64,000 nt of DNA from Monocercomonoides exilis PA203 (taxonomy: Eukaryota > Protista > Preaxostyla), in NCBI GenBank assembly GCA_001643675.2, contig LSRY02000032.1, forward strand, positions 744,001 through 808,000, in the 5' to 3' direction. Position numbers and translations under genes: made by a program. Of the stretch, positions 58,216 to 64,000 are shown one piece after another. The notes under the pieces are model-generated. The model was not told where the DNA came from. It worked only from the letters and a program-made list of their open reading frames with translations, and did not search any database. The stretch's first letter is position 1, and every line of letters begins with the position of its first letter.

Positions 58216-61200
58216 TCAATTTTCACTCTGTTGAAGCGACGGCGCGTACAACGCGAGGTTCGACTTCTCTTCAACGATGGCTGTAAGCTCGACCAGTTTG
58301 CCCTCAAGCAGGCTTTGCAGTGAAAGAGATTGTTGTGGGCAGACAGTCTTATGCACTTCGAGTGCCTGCTTAGAGAGCACACACTGCACACGCATCTCTT
58401 TCATCAGCAGCGCCAGCTGAGACAAATAGTCAGGGTCTTCTTTGATGAACTCTGGGTCGCAGAAGTTCTCCATGTACTTCTTCAGCCCACCGCCGACGCC
58501 TGGCTCAATGGCACCTTGGAGGAGCATAGTGAACTGACCCACGTTTGACGGCCTTTCATCGGGTGGGAGGGAGAACTGGTGCATCATCTTGCGCAGCTCG
58601 AAGTTCTTCTCGCGCACTTTCATCCGCGCAGACTGGATTGGAGAGAAGACGATTTCCTCGCTCCGCTTGATCATCAGCCGGTGGGTGACTGAAGGGAAGC
58701 ATTCTTCGAGGAAGAAGAAGGTCTTGTGGTCCCACATCACACGCAGCTCTTTCTCTTTGTTTTTGCCACGGGGGACAGTGCGTGTCCATTGGAAGACATC
58801 CACATTGTAGTTCTTGCGGTACTCGACGACATATTTGGGGAGATAGAGGAAAGAGAGCTGGTCAGAGGTTGAGTCAGATTTGGAGGAGGAGGAAGGAGAG
58901 GAAGAAGAAGAAGGAGATTGTGAAGAAGAGGAAGAAGAGGAGGAAGAAGCAGAAGTAGACGATGGAGAAGGAGAAGGAGAATGGGCAGACAAGCCTGCCG
59001 AAGGAGCAGGCGATGGCGATGCATCAGGAGAGCTGATAGAAGATGTTCTTACAGAAATGCCAGAGGGAGAAGAACCAGAAGAAGAAGAAGAAGAAGACAA
59101 AGCAGAGGAAGAAGAAGAAGAAGCAGTCTTCGCAGCATCAGGAGAAAGAAGCTGCTGATTGTCTGTTCCTTCAAATGGAGACGGGTTCGAAGTCGACAAA
59201 GTTCGTGAGGGTGTTGGCATCGAAACAGACTGGTGTGACAGAGCAAGCTCATTGAGCGAGCTGAGATCTCCCTTTTCAGCCAGAAACTTCGCATTTTCCG
59301 CGTACTCGTCGTGAGAAGAGACCAAAATGCCACCAGCAATGAGGATGATGGCTGTGTTCTCTGAATTCTCTGCGCCTTCAGGCACTTTGTCTGTGGCGCT
59401 GGTCACTTTTGCCTCAGGAAACTTGATCTTCATCGAGCTGTAGAAGCCGTCCAGCTTCGTCTCTGCGCGTGTTCGGAAGATGTACTCGGTGTTGCAGAGG
59501 TATCTGTTCTTGAATCCTTTCCCAACAAAACGGACATAATAGTAGTGGGGCCAGAGGACACGGGGCGTGCTTGCGATGGTTTGATAGAGGTTTGTTTGGG
59601 TTTGCTGGAAGGAGATTGAAGATAAAAATGTATTTGAATAAATAAATAAGAATAAATAAATAAGAACATGTTAATAAATAAAGCATTAAAAAAAGTATTC
59701 GTTGCTTGTTGATTAATATATAAATAACAATTAAAAGCATATTCCCTTTCTATTTTCATTCATTTCCCTTCCAACATTAATTCAAACACTTTCTTTCTCT
59801 CTTTCTCCTATCTTTCTCCAATCCTTCTTCATTCGCATACCATGTGTGTAGCCACCAAGTCATAGTGTGGATACTCTCTCTTCAGATGGTCCAGCACGAT
59901 GTCCAGCAGCTCAATGCCCTTCTCCCAATTCTGCCCCTTCGAGAAGAACCCAACAGCCTTCGAATACAGCCCTATCTTCCTGTCTCTCGCTGTCTGCGCT
60001 GGGAATATCTTTGAGAGTGGGATGAGAGCATCAGAGAACGTGTAGTTGTTGCCCATCCGCACCAGCGCCTCTCCTGCCTCTTCATAATTCTGCAGCGTCT
60101 CGTGCATTCTAAACAGCTCGTACTGATACTCCAACATCAGATCTTTCCTTCCTGACTGCCTCAAATACTCAATCAGCTCCAGATAACAATGTGTCATTTC
60201 ATCTTCCGTCACCTGTGGTCTGTTCAGCTGCTTGTAGCTCCGCAGATCTTTCATGTGATCAATCAGCAGACGCACATCTGCTATGTACTTTGTTGCTTTT
60301 GTCTTGTCAATCACCACATTTGCTGTCTGCCTCAGTGAAGGGCAGCTGAAAAGGGGAAGGTCGAGTGTGAGTGTGGCAGCGGGTGATTGGGTGACAAATG
60401 GAGAGGAAGAAGAGGGGACAAGAGCAGGGGAGTTTAGAGAGGGTGAGAGGATACCAGACTTGAGGGGTGTGGAAGAGGAAGGAGAAGGAGATGAGGAATG
60501 AGGGGATGTTGAGGAGATATTGAGTGCTGTTGGGTTGCTGATCATTGAGCGCGTTGAGGATGATGACGAAGAAGAAGATGCAGAACTTCCACCTCTTGCT
60601 GAAATTGATGCGTTTTCGAGATCCAACTGTGACTGAGGTGTGATCAGCATCTGAATGAGCTGGTCGTCAAACAGAGTCAGCAGCTGCTCTTCGACGTAGT
60701 TGCTTTTGCAGAGCATGTTCACCACTTCGAATGTCTTCGTCTCCACATTCGTGATGGAACCATCGTGGTTGAGGGCATCTGTCTTGAGGAGGTCAGCATA
60801 GAGCGCCTTGCACATCTCTCTAATCTCTCCTCGCGAATGGATGGTCAGCTTCAACAAGGGCAGGATCATGTCATTCATCAGATCGTTCTCCAGATGAGAA
60901 GTGCATAAAACATCCCAAATAGACAGAAACAGATACAAAACACGCGATTGCGCCATATGGAAGAGGGAAGACGACAAAAGCAGATGAGATTTCACAAGCT
61001 CGTTGGCTGTGTCTGTCAGCGCAAAGACGGTGGGGATGTAAGCGTTGTCTGTGCACTTGCAGAGAGAAGAGAGGAAGGTTGGATAGAGCATGTTCTGTGA
61101 CTGAGACTGTAACTGCAGCTGTGAAAGAGAAGAATTGTGTTGAAGCACAATGGATTGAGAAGAAGATGATGATGAAGATGACGATGTTCCATTTGCATTC

Positions 61201-64000
61201 CCTTCTTCAGAGCTCCCACTTTCATTCTGCTCACTGCCTTGTGTCTTTCTCGGGTAGAATTTGAATGGAAATGTGGCACTTGTGCACAAAGCCAACGGAT
61301 GCTTCAGATAAGTCTTGAATATCCTCATTGGCAGCATCGCATTCTTCCTCACCTGAGACGAAGGCACAGAAGATGATGATGCAATGTTCGAATCATCATC
61401 TTCTGCACCTGTGATGCCTGTGCTAGAACCTTCTGTTTTATTCTCCTGGTTTGCATCGAGTGGAATGGGCTTCATCGATCTCTCGTCAATTGAGCTGTCT
61501 TCGATTGTTGTGCTTTGCATTCCGTTTGTGTTATTCATTCCATTCGTATCTGCCATCATCATTTTCTTCTTCTTCTTCAATTTATCATCTCCTGCCTCTC
61601 CCTTCCTCAAGCACTTTTCTGGATCAACATGTTCAGCATGCGCAATCACACTCTCATCCACCGTTGCCCACAGTGGTGTCTTCATCCCTTGTGTCACTGC
61701 TGTGTTCTGGAACGCCTCCAACAGTGCAGCCACCTCCTCATTGCACGATGGAGGGAACACTCTCATCTTCGCCAGCCCCACCAGTGCGTGTAATATCCTC
61801 CCCAGATCGAATGCCTGGTGCCGTGAGCCGAGCAGCTGCAGCGTCAGCTTCTGGCTCTCAGGGGACGAGGCAGTCTGTTGTAGGAGGTGGTACGAGTGGC
61901 GGGAGGAGACAGAGGAAGAAGAGGAGGAAGAGAGAGAGACAGAAAGAGGGCGCTTTTTGATGGTGGTGAAGGCGGGTGGGACGTTCTCTGTGTTTAGAAT
62001 GAATGAGCCAGAGCGGAGCATCACTTGAAGTTCGGGTTCTAACCGCCAGGTTGGCTTCTTCACGTTCTCTTTGTTGCGGAGGGTGGCATAGTTAGATGGG
62101 GAAGCAGTATGAGAAGAGGAGGAAGAGGAAGAAGAAGATGATGATGACGACGACGACGATGCTGATGCAGAAGATGACCCAGTAGGTGTAGAAGCATTGT
62201 TGTTATTTGGTGATGAGTTGTTCATAGGCGATGTTGACTGAGCCACTTGGCGTGAGGGAGAGGCTGTTGATGAGGTTGGGATGGGCGAGAGAGCAGGAGA
62301 GCCACTGGCAGACGAGGCGCGATGAGGATTTGTGCTGTCACTCCGCTGGGAAGGAGTGTTTGTGGGGGTGTTGGCAGTTCTCAGGTCGCTTGGGGTTGTT
62401 CTGGCTGTTGAGGAAGAGGAAGAGGAAGAGGGGGAAGAGGAAGAAGATGATGATGATGTAGACAAGGGAGATGATGATGAAACAGATAAAGAAGAAGAGG
62501 AGGTGGACAGCATAGAAGAGCCCTGCGGAGAGTCAGAGATTGACAAGACAGGCTTGACGCTTTTTGGCCTTGTGAACACGATTGTCTTCAAGCGAGTGGT
62601 GGAGGCGCCGCCAGGTCGCAGAGTGGAAGCGGGTGGAAGAGAGAAGGAAGAGCGAGAGGCAGAAGAGGGGGAGTCTAAAATGGCAGATGATTGACTGCGG
62701 GTGAGGGGAGAGGACAGAGAAGAAGAGGGGGAAGATAATAAAGATGATGATGATGCAGTTGTTGTTGTTGGCAATACTGCTGTAGAAGAAGAGGAAGATA
62801 ACGAGGAAGGAGTAGATGAAGTTGATGATGATGACGAAGAAGATGGAGAAGATACTTCATTCTGTGATGCAACAGTATGAGATGCACTAGGCGTCGATTG
62901 CAGCTGCCCTGTCTGTCCAATCTTGTTCTGTGGAGGCTGATTGGCTGGCGTGGGTGGTTTGGATGTTGGCGGTGGATGCAGCGGAGGTGCTGGGTGTTTT
63001 GGAGGGGCAGGAGGAGGAGGGACAGAAGGACGATTGAGGGCAGCTTGGGGTTTGAGAGGGGAAGAAGAAGGCTGGTTGGATGAGGATGAGGAAGAAGAAG
63101 AAGAAGAAGGTGAAGATGAAGAGGAGGTTGTATTTGGAGCAGAAGAATGTGGATGAGAAGGAGAGGCAGTTGAAGAAGAAAGGGAAGGATTCTGTGCAGT
63201 TTTTGTGCTTGAAGAAGGTGAATTGGGTGTTGATGAAGAGACTGGTGTCTTTCTGTCAGACGATGCAGAAGATGATTCAGATGGAGAATTCGAAGAAGAA
63301 GCAGATGATGAGGAAGAAGAAGAAGAAGAAGAAGAAGCAGTCAATGAAGAAGGCGAAGTGGAAGATGCGTCTGATGGCATCTGCAGGGCCAGTGGAGTAG
63401 ACAGCTGAGAAGACAAAGCCGATCGGCTGTATTGTTCGATGGCCTCAACGACATTGTGGAGGAGGGGGAATTTCTCGTCGAGATAAGGCACGCTGTAGCA
63501 GATGAAGAAAGGGCGGTCAAAGGAAGCGACGCGGATGATGTTGGAGACGACGATGGAGAGGCAGCGGAAGAAGACGCGGAGCATCTGTGTGTGCATGAGG
63601 GTCCATTCGGCAGGGAAGAAGTAGACTTTGCTGGCAGATTCGACCAGAATGAGGAAAGCATCCACCGCCAGCTGCGGAAGGGCAGGCAGCACAGCCTGTT
63701 CGCAGGTGACTTGGTATGTTTGTTGCACTCGCTGAAGAGAAGTGGTCATCTGCTCAGTCATCGAGGCAGACGCAGATGATGACATTGTGGCTGAAGAGGA
63801 GGCTGATGAGGAAGAGGAAGAAGAGGAAGAACCACTTGTGTTCTCCTTTCCAGGATACACCAGTGCCAACTTCTCTCTGTCCATCAGGATTTCCAACAGG
63901 ACATGCTGAGGGAGTAAATCAAGAATTGACAGAAGTGCTGTCATCAGCTCTGTCTTCAGCAGAGCATGGTGCTGGAAGTGGTCAGCAGCTGGTGTAGGCG
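58216..64000 (-). CDS. DOCK-family Rho/Rac GEF with C-terminal DHR-2 domain; 5'-partial
   Basis: NYEEAG, FSKGQNWEKGI, YYYVRFVGKGF..EYIFR, FPSVTHR..SPIQSA, LQGAIEPGVGGGLKKY (nucleotide-sensor Val). Intron 59605-59840; frame runs off the window end. Confidence 0.9.

Noticed and set aside
1-64000. CRISPR arrays, rRNA or prokaryotic operons
   Set aside because: No regularly spaced direct repeats or rRNA-like sequence; spliceosomal introns and eukaryote-specific genes throughout.

Overview
Eukaryotic, intron-containing, standard-code DNA with AT-rich spacers and poly-Ser-rich proteins. The gene style suggests an oxymonad such as Monocercomonoides (inference, not a database result). Host genes in order: receptor-like beta-helix/pseudokinase, TTBK/CK1 kinase, importin-alpha-like, secreted S9 peptidase, membrane protein, Trf4-like poly(A) polymerase, an NC2beta - tRNA-Ser(CGA) - NC2alpha cluster absent from the ORF track, a hypothetical protein, a PH-domain protein and a DOCK GEF. 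The centre (31363-54100) is a 22.7-kb palindrome. Two almost identical ~7-kb arms each carry an ABCC/MRP transporter and enclose a decayed DIRS-type tyrosine-recombinase retrotransposon. That element is split at an ATAT site by a 4.6-kb TIR element carrying a dynein-heavy-chain-like fragment. Short relatives with the same ATAT|G(G/T)G...C(A/C)C|ATAT termini occur at 5.9-7.1 kb and just upstream of both ABC genes. All alignments were done by eye.
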